Below, one piece after another: positions 23,977 to 37,191 of a stretch of 64,000 nucleotides of DNA. The translations under genes and the position numbers were made by a program. Numbering within the stretch: the first letter of the stretch is position 1; every line of letters starts with the position of its first letter. The DNA lies in NCBI RefSeq assembly GCF_000002075.1, contig NW_004797324.1, positions 119,192 through 183,191 of the forward strand. Reading direction: 5' to 3'. The notes under the pieces are model-generated. The model was not told the DNA's origin and searched no databases. It worked only from the letters and a program-made list of their open reading frames with translations. The stretch is from Aplysia californica (Eukaryota).

Positions 23977-25152
23977 CTGGGAAAGTATTCAGAACCTTTA
24001 TATTATCTTTTTGATATGAAAGTACGTTTGGGTTTTTCTTAATTAAGAATAATATACAAGGTTCGACAAAATTCAAATAAACCATCTAAAGTCTGTGCAC
24101 TCGACCCAGTTATCGGAACAAAAGAAAGGGGAAAGGGGGGGGGGGTAGAGGACAAAGGTGATACGTCACAGGATTTATCACATGTGTGCATCCGAATAAT
24201 TGCATGTGCTTTTTATTTTCAGAGTTAGAACGAAAAGACGAAAGTAATAATACTATTATAACAATAATTGCACGTATAACGGATATCTATGCTCTCTGTC
24301 ACTTATTATTACCCTTGGTTATTACTATTAATACTCCCAGTAGAACTTGGACATCCGGAAACGTTCTCAATTTCCCGAGAAGCACACAATACAAACAGTC
24401 TTGTCTTGACTCCACGTAGTTTTGTTAATGTGTGTTGGGGGGCGGGGGAATGAAACGAATAATATAATGAAAGGTCCCCCCCCCAGTCATACCCTCGAAG
24501 ATCAATAATATTTATCTTATTCAACAACCTGTAGACACCATTTCTCTTGAGAAAAGTCGTAGGGCACTGGGCACGTAGGGCCTTGACACCACGCCCCAAA
24601 GCTGTCGCACTTGCACGTCCGACAACGCTCAGTCCAGCGGGAGCCAAGGGCGTGTTCCCGCGTCATCTCGACAGAATTGAAGGAGTCAAGGTCTTGTGGA
24701 TACAGGCCCTTAGTGATTAGATAGAGGTCATGAATAAATTGATGGTCTAATTAATGGTGTTGTTGTTGATGGTGGTGGTGGTTCAGGGTTCAGGGGGTGG
24801 GGTAGGGGTTGATGATGATGATGGTGATGATGATGATGACAATGATGAGAATGATTTTTTAATACTGTTTTCAATGCTAAAGTATATTTACGGCTCGAGT
24901 TGTTTTTTCTATTGTACAATAAGAATGATTATTATTATATATGTGGTGGTGGTGGTCCTAGTGGTTGCAGAGGCAANNNNNNNNNNNNNNNNNNNNNNNN
25001 NNNNNNNNNNNNNNNNNNNNNNNNNNNNNNNNNNNNNNNNNNNNNNNNNNNNNNNNNNNNNNNNNNNNNNNNNNNNNNNNNNNNNNNNNNNNNNNNNNNN
25101 NNNNNNNNNNNTCATAAAACCCAGTTCACCGAAACAGGGACTCATACCCTAC

Positions 25153-25299
25153 CTGCACGACACACTTTCCGAAGCTGTACTCCCCTACACGTTGTCTGGA
25201 CACAGGTCTAGTGGTCTCCTCCCCGTGGACACGCTCCCAAGAGATCAAGAGCAAGAGAAGGCTGGGCACAACCGTTATCCAGGAAGAGGTGGAAGCCAT
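25153..25299 (-). CDS. Secreted VWC-domain protein, coding exon 1 (signal peptide)
   Basis: GCCATGG Kozak. Reads MASTSSWITVVPSLLLLLISWERVHG|EETTRPVSRQRVGEYSFGKCVVQ. Acceptor TTGCAG ends at 25310 and the phase-0 donor CAG|GTAGGG is at 25152. Confidence 0.85.
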
Positions 25300-25497
25300 G
25301 GCCCTCAGACTGCAAGTTCACGTTTGTGGGTGTGAGAAGATGGTTATAATTAGAGGTCATGTCATTTTGAAAGATTGTAATGGATTGTTTTTCTTTCTCT
25401 ATACACTTACCTTATACCCACGACATACATTCGTCTCTCACGGGTGTTTAAAGAGCGACTTTGGTGGATCCCCTCTCTCTCTCCCTCCCTGCCCCCC

Positions 25498-25575
<78 letters not shown>

Positions 25576-25709
25576 TGTTGTTTCTGTCTTTTTGCCTTAC
25601 TCTTCCTCTACACTAGTTGACCGCTATTCTGTCGATGCACATCTCTTTACTCAAACTTTAAATTCATCTCAACACAAACCCGACCGGAAAGACATTGTGT
25701 AGTTCATTT

Positions 25710-26425
25710 AAGATAAGATAAGATAAGATAAGATAGTACTTTATTATCCCAGAGGGAAATTTTCCTTAGCTGTACAGGACCGTAAAAACACACGCAGGTA
25801 TACATAAAAAAAATTTAATCATATATATTACTCTCATTAAAATTCAATATGAAAGTAGAAGTGAAGCTGACAAAATGTACATTCACATCAAAAGCATCAT
25901 TCAACCACATGCAGGAATTTAAATACTAGACCTTTGGAGTTATATACAGATACATACTCTAAGAGTAACGCCCATCTATGCTCATTCTGACAAAAGCCTT
26001 AAGCTAGAAGGTAAAAAACTTCTCTTATATCTTTCTTTCTTTGTTTTTGGAAGTAGGTATCTGCCGCTGCATGATCTTACAATTTGTGTGGAAAAGGGGT
26101 ATGATAGGTCGTTTATAATGCTTTTTATCTTTTTTTATACGTGTGGTGTTATACATTTCATCCATTCTTATAACATCATATTCAGAGATCTTGCTGGCTT
26201 TCTTAATGGTTCTGTCAGATTTTTCTTTATCTTTCACCTTACAAATCCCACCCCAGCAGCAAATACAAAATAATAGCACACTTTCAATCATAGAATGGTA
26301 AAAAAGGGACAAAATTTTATTGTCAACACGGAAACTTCTTTAATTTCCATAAAAGAAACATTCTTTGATTTACTTTTTTATGCTCAAGAGCAGCGTGGGG
26401 ATGCCAGTCAAGTTTGTGGTCGATT
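25710..26425 (-). mobile_element. Rex1/Babar-like LINE 3' fragment
   Basis: LFYHSMIESVLLFCICCW...IKKASKI, and an (AGATA)n + CTTTATTATCCCAGAGGGAAATT end as read on the + strand. Confidence 0.7.
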
Positions 26426-26869
26426 GTGCTCTTGTGCATAAAAAAAGTAAATATCCCACCGTGACCTTACGCCAGATAGAACCACTTTAGACTGTTGTGT
26501 AGGTCACCCAAGTACAAATCACCCAAACAGTTTCTCTTAAAGTGTGGCTTTTTAAGACAATGGAACCCATAGTCGTCAGGCTAACATTTTATGTGAATTA
26601 GAGGGTAGATTATCTAATTAAAACAAATGTATAAAATGGTTTGGTATAAATTAAGTTTCACTTTGTTTTAAAACAAAGTGAAATCTCTGATTAATGGCAC
26701 TAAAGACCCCAAAAATACTTTAAAAATAAGATAAGCCATATAATAATATGACAAATTTAAAACTATGCGTACGTTACCAATTTTAAGAACTCCGAGATTT
26801 ACTGCCTGTGTATATATTTCTATCTCCGCCTTCCTCTAACAAAACAGCACACTAGTATAATCATCTCAC

Positions 26870-27054
26870 CCTGCCTTCAACCAACCATCCTTAAATAGAG
26901 AGAGCATTAAGCCAATTTTGTGACAATTTGTACGGGCCAGCAGTGAAAGCGATTTTCTCGTCAGGATTGGATTGTTGCAGCTCGTTATGTCCAGCCAGCT
27001 GAAATACCTGACCTTTTCAACAAATATTTGGAGCTTTATCGCCCCCCGTTTATA
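26870..27054 (-). promoter_or_regulatory. Candidate TATA promoter and non-coding first exon of the VWC gene
   Basis: Minus-strand TATAAA at 27054-27049. Donors AGG|GTGAGA at 26869 and CAG|GTATTT near 27007. Coding exon 1 has an acceptor and so needs an upstream exon. Confidence 0.4.
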
Positions 27055-27849
27055 ATCTACTGTGTCCTGCATAGGATTCCACCGTAAAAAAACAACTAAC
27101 ATAAAACAAACAAACTTGGTAGATAGANNNNNNNNNNNNNNNNNNNNNNNNNNNNNNNNNNNNNNNNNNNNNNNNNNNNNNNNNNNNNNNNNNNNNNNNN
27201 NNNNNNNNNNNNNNNNNNNNNNNNNNNNNNNNNNNNNNNNNNNNNNNNNNNNNNNNNNNNNNNNNNNNNNNNNNNNNNNNNNNNNNNNNNNNNNGATAAA
27301 CGCAGTGTTGTGGTCTGCTCCTTCAAGTTTTGCAAATACTCAAATTGAACCTTACCAAAATTTATGGCCGTGACAGCACGATCTCTTCGTATACCACAGT
27401 CAAAATCAACAATGCACAACATATTATCCACTCATGTGATGCGCCATTCATTCATTTAGACACTGTCTGGTACTTTATTGATTATTGTATTGTATGCGGT
27501 GGATTAAACACCCTTTCCAACACTGTAAGGGCATTCAATTTGCATGGCCCTGGACTTAAGGTACATCTCCGGTGGGGTCGGGGAAAGTAGTTGAAAAGTG
27601 GTGAAAACCCTTCAAACAACTCAAAGTTCAATTTGAACGCCCAACTGAGGATTCTTGCCAATGTATTACGCCCAATGTATTAAGCCGTGTAGTCCACCAC
27701 GATACCAACTGAACTAAGCGTGTTGCCATATCAGCAAGAATCACCCCAGTAGGCAAATAGCGGGCAAGGAGGAAAAACAGTAAAAACAACTATGAATCAG
27801 GATATTTTGTTGCATTATAAGAGAAAAGTAAACAGACAGTGAGAAATAG

Positions 27850-28900
27850 ACTTACAGCTTTTAGAACTTGTTTTCTGAAATACGGTGAGCTGTGTTCTTG
27901 GGAAGCTATATAGATCCATTCCAATTTGAATACAATAAAAATGGGGCGAAGAAGATGTTGTGCATGTTTTTACAGTCCAATACCGAAATACCTTGAAACA
28001 CCTAAATTGTATACGAGAGTAGTCTGTTGATTTTTCCTCGGCGTTTGATATAATCAATCTCATTTTGTCATTGAAAACTTTTGAGACTAAGAGTCAGTTG
28101 TTATATTGCAGCATAGGTGTTGAATTTCTGAAGGGCAGACCACAACAATACCTACAGCAGAAACGCACAACATCTGAATCATCCTTAGTAACACTTTCGG
28201 TCTCCAGGGATGAGTTTGTCACCAGTTTTGTATACGATGTATACCAGCGACTTAAGAAGGAAAGTGAAATAACACACATAATGAAAGTCGCAAATGACCC
28301 AGCCATAATTTGACTAATATGCCACGATTGAAAAGAGAGTCTCAAAGAAATATCTGGGTTTTGTTTTGTTAATGGAACATTTCACATTCCCAAAATTAAA
28401 GGAAATAATGTTTAATTCTAGAAGAGAAAAATCCTTGTTCTTGAACAAATAACAATTGAAATCACGGATTCGTATTTATGTCGTGGTCTCACAATCAGTA
28501 ACAAATTGACACGGCAAAATCAAGTTAATAATATTGTTGAAAAGGTAGACCACAGGCTGCACTTTTTAAGGAAGCATAGGTCTTTTAATGTGAAAACACA
28601 CATCCTCCAAATAATCAATGCCTCCACGTTACTCAGTTTGATAAATGTTGGTATATCTTGCTACAGTAGTAAATTGGGGAAAGCAGCACATTGTAAAATA
28701 CATTTGATTAGAAAAGCAGAAAAAACGTATTCTTTGGTAGAGACCTAAATTACGTTTGAATATGGGTGCAGTTCTAAAAAAAATAGGGAACCAATGTTAC
28801 GTGAACATAGCCTCCCATTAAGATGGGGATTTTAATGATTATTTTCCCACAGTTAACGACTTACTTCTGTTTTCTGAGAAAGCAAGAACATTCAAGTATA
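27850..28900 (+). mobile_element. Highly decayed Rex1/Babar-like LINE RT fragment
   Basis: FLKGRPQ and RLHFLRKHRSFNV motifs, with many stops. Confidence 0.55.
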
Positions 28901-29640
28901 GGAATAAATACGTACCAACAACAGTAACATAGTGCTGCAAATNNNNNNNNNNNNNNNNNNNNNNNNNNNNNNNNNNNNNNNNNNNNNNNNNNNNNNNNNN
29001 NNNNNNNNNNNNNNNNNNNNNNNNNNNNNNNNNNNNNNNNNNNNNNNNNNNNNNNNNNNNNNNNNNNNNNNNNNNNNNNCGAGAAAGGGGGAAAGAGAGA
29101 GAAAGAGAGAGAAAGAGAGTGAAATAGAGAGAGAAAGGTTGTTTATGCCGGGGAGATAGTATCATTTCAGCATGTAAAATAATTTGTTATGTTCTGTCTT
29201 TCTCTGGGTATGCGTAAGTGCACATGAATGCAAAAACATTGCTGCATTTGTAAACAAACAAAGTAAATTTCGCCCTTTGAAATGAATTTGGACTGCCAAA
29301 GTCATTGTCATTGGCATAAACGGGGCTAATTGTACAAAACCTTGTCATAACCCTGTCGGGCTTAACTTGGAAGACGCATAATATGTGGTCTGGGTTTGCT
29401 ATCACAATTCGATAGCAAATTATCACTATTTCATTCTTTACGTTCAAACAATAAAAGCGAGCCCCTTTCCTTTTATAGTTTTCAAACGGTAGAACAGTAA
29501 AATTAACAAGACCCTTACCATTTCACAGCAGCAACTGCCTTGAGAATTAAAGGGCAAACACTCATAATTTCCTCTTTCACCCGTAAATGGTGCTTTGCAT
29601 TCTCTCCCTTTTTATCATCCCTATCACGTTTTATATTATT

Positions 29641-31440
29641 CTCGCCTGCGTACCCGTTCTATGAACGAAAAAATAATGTTTTCCAAACCAAAAATTAATG
29701 TTGCGATGTAAATAAAAATGTCAATACTGAAGTAATTTAAATAGTTATTTGATTATTAAAACAGGATGGTTCTATTCTATACCTGAAAAAAAAAAGAATT
29801 TTCAAAAGTGAAACTCACTTAAGACTGCTGTATGTCGTCCAAAACCTCCTGGTTTGACTGTTGGGTGCCAAGATGTGAACAGTATCTTTATCTCCAGTTC
29901 GGGACATGGCTACATACAGCATTCCGTGTGAAAATACTGTGCATGTGAGATCTAGGCCAACTGAACGAAGAGACTGTCCCTGAACTTCATTAATTGTAAT
30001 GGCAAAACAAGGTCTGAGGGGAAATTGTTTTCGTTGGAATAGAAAAGGTAGTCCACTGTCTGTTGGTTGGAGTATAATTCGAGAAATCCAGTGTTTTTCA
30101 TTCTTGTATGGTCCAGAAAAAAAATTTCAACCTCGACGACGTTTGGCATGGTTTGTGTTACAACACATCTTGTACCATTAATTAATTTTGCTGGGTTAAG
30201 AGAGCGGAGGACCATTACGGGCATACCAGTCTTTAATTTCAGGACATGGGGTGGAAGGTCAGCCAGTTTAATGGAGTTCAGGAATTCCACAAGAGAGTGG
30301 GTTGCATCGTCCTCGTTGAGTGCAGTATTTATGGACTGATAGACTTTGGGTGTAGACGACATCATGTCAATGAGTTTGTTGTTAATTTTGAGACTGTTTC
30401 ATTTAAAGGAGCTAGTATGGCCATTTCTGACAGCCATTGCAAATTTTCCAAATTGTCTACGTAATCGGGAAAACTTGGTTAATCAGGTCAGCAATAGAAG
30501 TAGAAACTTTACCAAGTTCGAGAACGCTGATTATGTCTGGTTTAATAACTACTGATGTTCTTCCCTTTCCAATTTCCTATAATAATTTAGAGAATGAGGC
30601 TTCTTCAAAGTCACCATGTGAACACGCATGTTTGCTGTGAGGTTCAGTGTTTTCACATCTGGCCACAAATAGGACTTTTTGATGCATGCATTGACACTGT
30701 CGGCTCTCGTGCCAGATCTCACTACTGGCATAATCTGTCGAAAATATCCATCTAAGAGAACCGGAATGCCACCCATTCTATCTTTTGTGGAGTTAATATC
30801 TTGAAATGTCCTGTCCAGAGCTTAAAGGACGGCCTTGTTCAGCATAGGTGCTTCGTCAAATACTATGGCACTGCAGTCATTGGTGAGCCTTTCTAAGGAT
30901 GTCCGCTTCTTGATAAAAAAATAATGGTGTGTCACATCTAGCTACATCTAAAGGTACTTTAAAGGTACTGTGTACAGTTCTACCCCCTGTAATGAGTGTT
31001 GCAGCTAATCCGCTGCTGACTGTTGTAATTGCAATTCTTTCTTCAGATCGAATTGTTGCCAATATGGTTTCTAGAAGGAATGTCTTCTCGCACTCGCCTG
31101 GGGCGTCAAAAAAATGTAATATTCCCTTTGCTTTATTCCGGACAGCTGTCATGAAAGTGTCAAATACATACTCCTGATCTGATGTTAACAGTGCATGGTT
31201 TCTCGATGCTCTTTGTCTTTGTTCTTCTGCATCGTAGGTGATTTCTCTGCGGTAGTCTTGCTCTACTCTCTCTGCAGCATCTCTTTGTGCAATCGGAAGT
31301 CCATATGAATCGAGACTTTGCCCACCCATTTGTAAAACACATTCTTCAAGCTGCACTAAAGCAATGTTGTCTGCTTCTCCTTGATTTATTAAGTTTCCAT
31401 TTCCGTACAGAAAGTCCTCTGTCAAGCTTCGTTAATTCTG
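29641..31440 (-). mobile_element. Helitron remnant (Pif1-like helicase of RepHel) with degenerate 3' terminus
   Basis: DAPGECEKTFL (Walker A relic), SSGLAATLITGGRTVHSTFKVPL, FRQIMPVV, LPPHVLKLK...NGTR and FSHGMLYVA motifs. 3' hairpin CGTTC-ATA-GAACG followed by CGAG (degenerate CTAG) at 29641-29669. Confidence 0.88.
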
Positions 31441-31451
31441 AACCCATAAGT

Positions 31452-33925
31452 GATTTAGTTTAGTATGGGGTATTAAGGCGCTCGCAACTGCATAAGGTTA
31501 TATGAGCGCGCGAAACAAGTTGGTTTTTTCTCAACAGCTCACTGCTCGGCCTGATTCTTGTCAGTGTTTCTAATTAAAATTGCTAAAACCCTAAAAATCG
31601 AGTGTAAATAGATTTTAAATTTAAAACAACTTTCTAAAAAACACTTAAAAATTTCAAACTATCTATTTTATAACTTCCCATAAAGGCCTATGGCTTTCAA
31701 AAAATCTAAAATTCTTTTGGGAACAACGACGGAAAAATATCTTGCAATTTTGTGCATTTAAAGTATTTCCTTCGGGTCTCTCCGAAGTCTAGACATTCGG
31801 TTAAAATGTGTCTAATGGTAAAATCTGTGTCGCATCCGACACAGAACGGCGTCTCATCTCCATGAAGGAGGTATTTTTGTGTTAGGGCTGTGTGTCTGAT
31901 GCGCAATTGAGTAAAATGACTTCGTCTCTTCTGGAGAGGGCCGAAGGATTTCTCGGTCCGAGTTTGGGTGTAATGTTGTGAAGTTTGTTATTTGTTTGTT
32001 TTTTTCCAATTGCTCTCCTACAGACTGGAGGTGTACTTTTTGACTTCATTTTAAAGTCAGTCTGTGGGAAAGTGTTCGTCGTTGACCCCAACAGAAGGGA
32101 TAAGGATTTCTTCGCCAGGTGATATACCTCCTCGTTTCCCCGGATGCCCACATGGCTAGGTATCCATGCGAACACGATACTTTTCCCGGTTTCAGTCAAG
32201 AAGTGTATTTTTTGTTGTAGCCTAACTATTTTTGGGTATAGGAATGTGTAGTTTGAAAGTGAGGTGATGCAAGACAGAGAGCCAGAAAGGATAAGGAAAG
32301 GTTTGTTAGGAGAATTTTCTGCGGAGTCCAGTGCCATGTCAATGGCAGTGGCCTCTGAAGAAAAAATGGAGGCTTCGGGATGGAATCTCCTCTGGTGTGT
32401 ACTGTTTGAGGATAGGGCTGCGGCGCCCACACCAGAGTCCTGTTTGGAGCCATCTGTGAAGATAAGCTGCGCACCGGGGTATTTTTCTGTACGTTTTTTT
32501 TTTTGTATTCTGCTTTAAATGTTTTGGTGTTTGTGTTTGCTTTGTCGTGTGAGGTCAGCTGTAAGTCTACTTTTGCCTTGGTGAGGTTCCACGGAGGGAG
32601 GTCGGAGAAAAGAAACTGTTGGATGTCTTGTTTGGAAAATTGTATATTTTTTGGGTCCTCAAGGACTCTGAGGCCGAAGGGTTTTGATGCGGTTTTCGTT
32701 GTTTTGGAATTTGTTTCTGGTTTCTGGGTTTGTTTAAAAAATGCAGTCGTGTGCTGGGCTCTCTGGTGTTTAGCTTTGTTTAATTGCGTATTGTAGTGAG
32801 AGTTGTGTGCGTCTGAGTCTGAGTGATGGTATGTTTGCCTCGGCACCGGAGAAGTGCGGAAAGCCCCCAGAGCGAGGCGGAATCCTTGGTTTTGCAATGG
32901 GTCTATCATTGTTAGGATGTGTGGTTTTGCCGATCCCTAGACTTGACAGCCGTAGTCAAGCCTGGATCGGACAAGGGAGATGTACACGTGGAGAAAGTGT
33001 TCTGAGTCCCCATCCAACTCCGGATGCGATTAAATTTTCAAAGCTCTCAACGCTTTCTGGCACCTCACACGAAGGTGTTTGATGTGTGGAATGAATGTGA
33101 GATTTTTGTCGAATATAACGCTGAGGAAACGAGCCTGGTCCTGGACGGGAATAATTTCCCCGTATAGTGTCAAATCCGGCTGCAGTACACGTCTGCCTGA
33201 TCGGCAGAAGTGTACTGCAACCGTCTTTGACGGGGAAAATTTGAAACCGTTATTGTTTGCCCATCCAAGTTTGTGCATAGTTTCCATAGATCTTAGTTGA
33301 GGGTCTTTCGAAAGGCAGCATATGAAGAAGTCGTCTACGTAGAACGAGCTGTCTATGATATTTTGGAGGGTTTCTACGATGGAATCGATTTTGATTTCAT
33401 ATAGGAGAGGAGAAAGGATGCTCCCCTGGGAGACACATTCCTCCTGTTGGTGGGGATCCGAATAGGAGGATCCGACACGAACCTGGAAGGAACAGTTCTT
33501 CAGGAAATTGCAAAAGAAGGCTGAGAGGTGACCGCGTATGCCGAGAGCGTGCAGGCCTCTGAGAATGACATACTTCCAGGTTGTGTCGAAGGCTTTTTCT
33601 AGGTCGTAAAAGATGGCGATTATGTGGCCTCCTTCGGCAAACGTCTCGCGTACAAGGTCTCCAGGCGGACCAGGTGATCCAGAGTGGATCGAGTTTTCCC
33701 GAATCCGCACTGGAGACCGCTCAGCGAGCCCGTCGTCTCCAGAAACCACATAAGTCGCCTGTGGATCGTTTTTTTCTATAAATTGGCACATACAGTTCAT
33801 TTGTGCTATTGGTCTGTAATTGGATGGGTGTGTGTGGTCTTTGTTTGGTTTGGATATTGGAATGACTGGCAAGGCGCCATGACTCCGGAAAGGAGTGCGA
33901 CCGCCACATGTCGTTGTATATGGGG
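31452..33925 (-). mobile_element. 5'-truncated I-group (Nimb-like) LINE: RT + RNase H + zinc knuckle, frameshifted
   Basis: PSNYRPIA, DLEKAFDT, QGSILSPLL, YVDD, TDGSK, WIPSHVGIRGNE and CVGCDTDFTIRHILTEC motifs. 3' hairpin tail at 31452-31515. Confidence 0.9.
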
Positions 33926-34036
33926 GTGAAAGGAAACAATTTTAGAGAAGAAAATGTTTCGGTCGCTACCCGGATTCGAACCCGTGACCTTTGAATGAGA
34001 GGCGAACACCTTAATATCTAGGCTACGAGAGCCCCC
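33926..34036 (-). mobile_element. tRNA-like head of the same SINE family fused directly to the Nimb-like LINE
   Basis: Matches the heads of copies A-C through CTCTAAAATT..TTCAC, then switches to RT coding sequence. Confidence 0.8.
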
Positions 34037-34589
34037 AATTTATTGTTTATAGCAAATAACGTTGACAGTTAAAATCGATGTTTTCTTAGAATGGTGCTTA
34101 CGGTGCTTCTTTGTCGAGCATTGGATCTTTTTATAAGTAAAGTAATTAACCCCCCCCCCCCGGTTAGTGCCACTGACCTGTAGTGTCTTTAGGCCATTCC
34201 CAAAGGGGGGGGGGGCATTTCTCGTTCTTATGCACGGCAGAATTGTAAATGGGATGATTCAACAGCGTCATGCTCATAACTGTGCCTGAACTACAACAGG
34301 GAACTGCTGCTTTTCTTTCCTAATCCTTACTATCGTCATTTTCCTCTACTTCTTTTGTATGTTTGTTACACTCTTGTGACCCGCTATTTCCGGGGTGCCT
34401 TGAAAGTCGAAACAGACTTGGTGTTGTTGAAGCTAGAGAGGTGAGCAGAGTAAGCCCGATTCCCTGTTAAGACTTCTCTGTTGACATCCACCCCTTAGCG
34501 CTCATATGACCTTATGAAGCTGCGAGCGCCGAAAAGCGTCTACTAAATAAAAATAATAAAGTAATTTTGGCTTCTTTTTTTTCTTCTTT

Positions 34590-35308
34590 TTGGTCAGTGC
34601 TTTATGGCGCTCCTGCAAAAATGTCATATGAGCGCGCGGTACACATTAATCATTATAAGGAAATTTTGAATTTTGCCCGGATGGCGGCCGAAGCTTAATC
34701 TTATAGATTTTTGACCATCAAGGGATCTTTAACGTGCGCACTTTGCACACGGGACCGCCAAGATTTTTCGCCTTTGTCCGAGAAGGCTGGGTGAAGATCT
34801 TTCCTGCCAGAAGATCAGGGGTTTGGCTGAAAGACAGGAGTAAGAAGGGGCCAAGGAGTAGCAGTAGAAAGGCTGCAGAAAGAGTCAGGTGCCAGAGGAA
34901 GGAGCAAAGGAGGTGAGGGGGTGGGGGCAGAAAGTGGAGACTAAAGCAGACGACAGAACAGGAAAGAATGTTGTGGAAAGCTGTGTGATTTTCGGGAAAG
35001 TAGTCGAGTACGGTAGGCTACCTATTTGACATTGAAGAAAACAAGGGCAGGCCGAGGCGTGAGCCACGGACTTTTCAAGACTGCGTGAGTAGCGGTCGAG
35101 GCGCAGAGCAGAGAGTTGCGATCAGTCAGTGCAAGTTGGATCACTACATGAGGTGGGTGTGCATAGTTAAACCACATGCGTGTTTAGTTAAACTACAAAT
35201 GTGAAATAGAATTTTAGAGAAATAAAAATTCCGACGCTATCCGGATTCGAACCCGGGACCTATTGAATAGGAGGCGAACACCTTAGCCTCTAGGCCACAA
35301 GGGCACCC
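34590..35308 (-). mobile_element. Same SINE family (copy B) with ~250 bp extra internal segment
   Basis: Head 35230-35308. Body 34650-34960 aligns to copy A, including GGTCCCGTGTGCAAAGTGCGCACGTTAAAGATCCC. Confidence 0.85.
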
Positions 35309-36806
35309 TATTTTGCCTTTGTGAATTGAGATTTCCTGTCACGAGTTTTCTTTCTTTGTGTTTTCGTACATGCCGTGAGTGCCGACGTTATGGAAAACCT
35401 AACTCACATATCTTGCTTGGGAATTGTACATTGTGCAGAAAGGCGGTAACATTTTCATTTTTACAAATAAAGATCCACCTAGTCCGTCCATTTTCCCCAC
35501 CCCCACCGCCCCAAAAAAACAACAAAGAAACGAAAACAAATGCAACAAAAATTAAACAAATAAATAAACAAACCGAACACCCCCCGCCAAAAAAATAAAC
35601 ATACACACGTACACAAACAAAAACCCCCCACACAAACACACGCACACACTACAGCAGCAGCACCACCAGCAGCAACACCCCCCGCCAAAAAAATAAACAT
35701 ACACACGTACACAAACAAAAACCCCCCACACAAACACANNNNNNNNNNNNNNNNNNNNNNNNNNNNNNNNNNNNNNNNNNNNNNNNNNNNNNNNNNNNNN
35801 NNNNNNNNNNNNNNNNNNNNNNNNNNNNNNNNNNNNNNNNNNNNNNNNNNNNNNNNNNNNNNNNNNNNNNNNNNNNNNNNNNNNNNNNNNNNNNNNNNNN
35901 NNNNNNNNNNNNNNNNNNNNNNNNNNNNNNNNNNNNNNNNNNNNNNNNNNNNNNNNNNNNNNATAAAAAAGCCTATCAACATTGAAATTTCTTTCCTCAC
36001 TAATCTCTCTTATCTTTTCTATCTTCCTCTCGCCCTCATGGCTCTTGAGCTCTGCCCCCTCTCCTTTACTTACCCTCTCTCACCCTCCCCCCCCCAACTC
36101 CCCCCTCTTTCCTTTACTTATCCTCTCTCACCCTCCCCCAAACTCCCCCCTCTCTCCTCTCTATGCGGTCTGTCTGTCTNNNNNNNNNNNNNNNNNNNNN
36201 NNNNNNNNNNNNNNNNNNNNNNNNNNNNNNNNNNNNNNNNNNNNNNNNNNNNNNNNNNNNNNNNNNNNNNNNNNNNNNNNNNNNNNNNNNNNNNNNNNNN
36301 NNNNNNNNNNNNNNNNNNNNNNNNNNNNNNNNNNNNNNNNNNNNNNNNNNNNNNNNNNNNNNNNNNNNNNNNNNNNNNNNNNNNNNNNNNNNNNNNNNNN
36401 NNNNNNNNNNNNNNNNNNNNNNNNNNNNNNNNNNNNNNNNNNNNNNNNNNNNNNNNNNNNNNNCTAACGTTCTATAGATCACTGTTATCAACGTTCTGGA
36501 AACAGCGGGAGCCATACAGTGAAAACACTTTATTAATATAAATTGATGTTCAACATCTTTGAATATTAAAAAGTTGTAAATTTAGTGAACCTAACCTCAG
36601 ACTGTTTGCTTACTTTCTGATAAGAAATAATGTCGTTATAAATACAGCACTCTAAGAACAAAGTTATCCAAGTTTTAATGGCATGCATAGTCTTAAGTAT
36701 GTAAACATTTGAACCCCCTTTTTGTCTCTCATTACCTCCGTGCTACCCCCCCCCATCCCCCTCTCTCTTTCTCTCTCCCTTATCGCTCTCTCTCTCTCTG
36801 TCTCTG

Positions 36807-36872
<66 letters not shown>

Positions 36873-37148
36873 GTCTACGTCTCTCTACTACTTCGCCCCT
36901 CTTCCTCCCTGTCCTTTTTTTCTCCTTCTCCACATCTACCCATCACTTTCTCTCTTTACCTCCTCTGTTTTTCTCCATCATCAATCTTCCCTTTCTCCTC
37001 CACACTCTTCCTGCCCCCTCTAGCCCCTCCCCCTCTCTCCTTCCCTCTCTTTACCCTCTGGCCCCATCTCTCCGACCCCTCCTCTCTTCTTCCCCTCTTC
37101 TCCTCTTCTCCTCTTCCCCTCTTTTGGGATTTTCCAAAGAAAAAAAAA

Positions 37149-37191
<43 letters not shown>

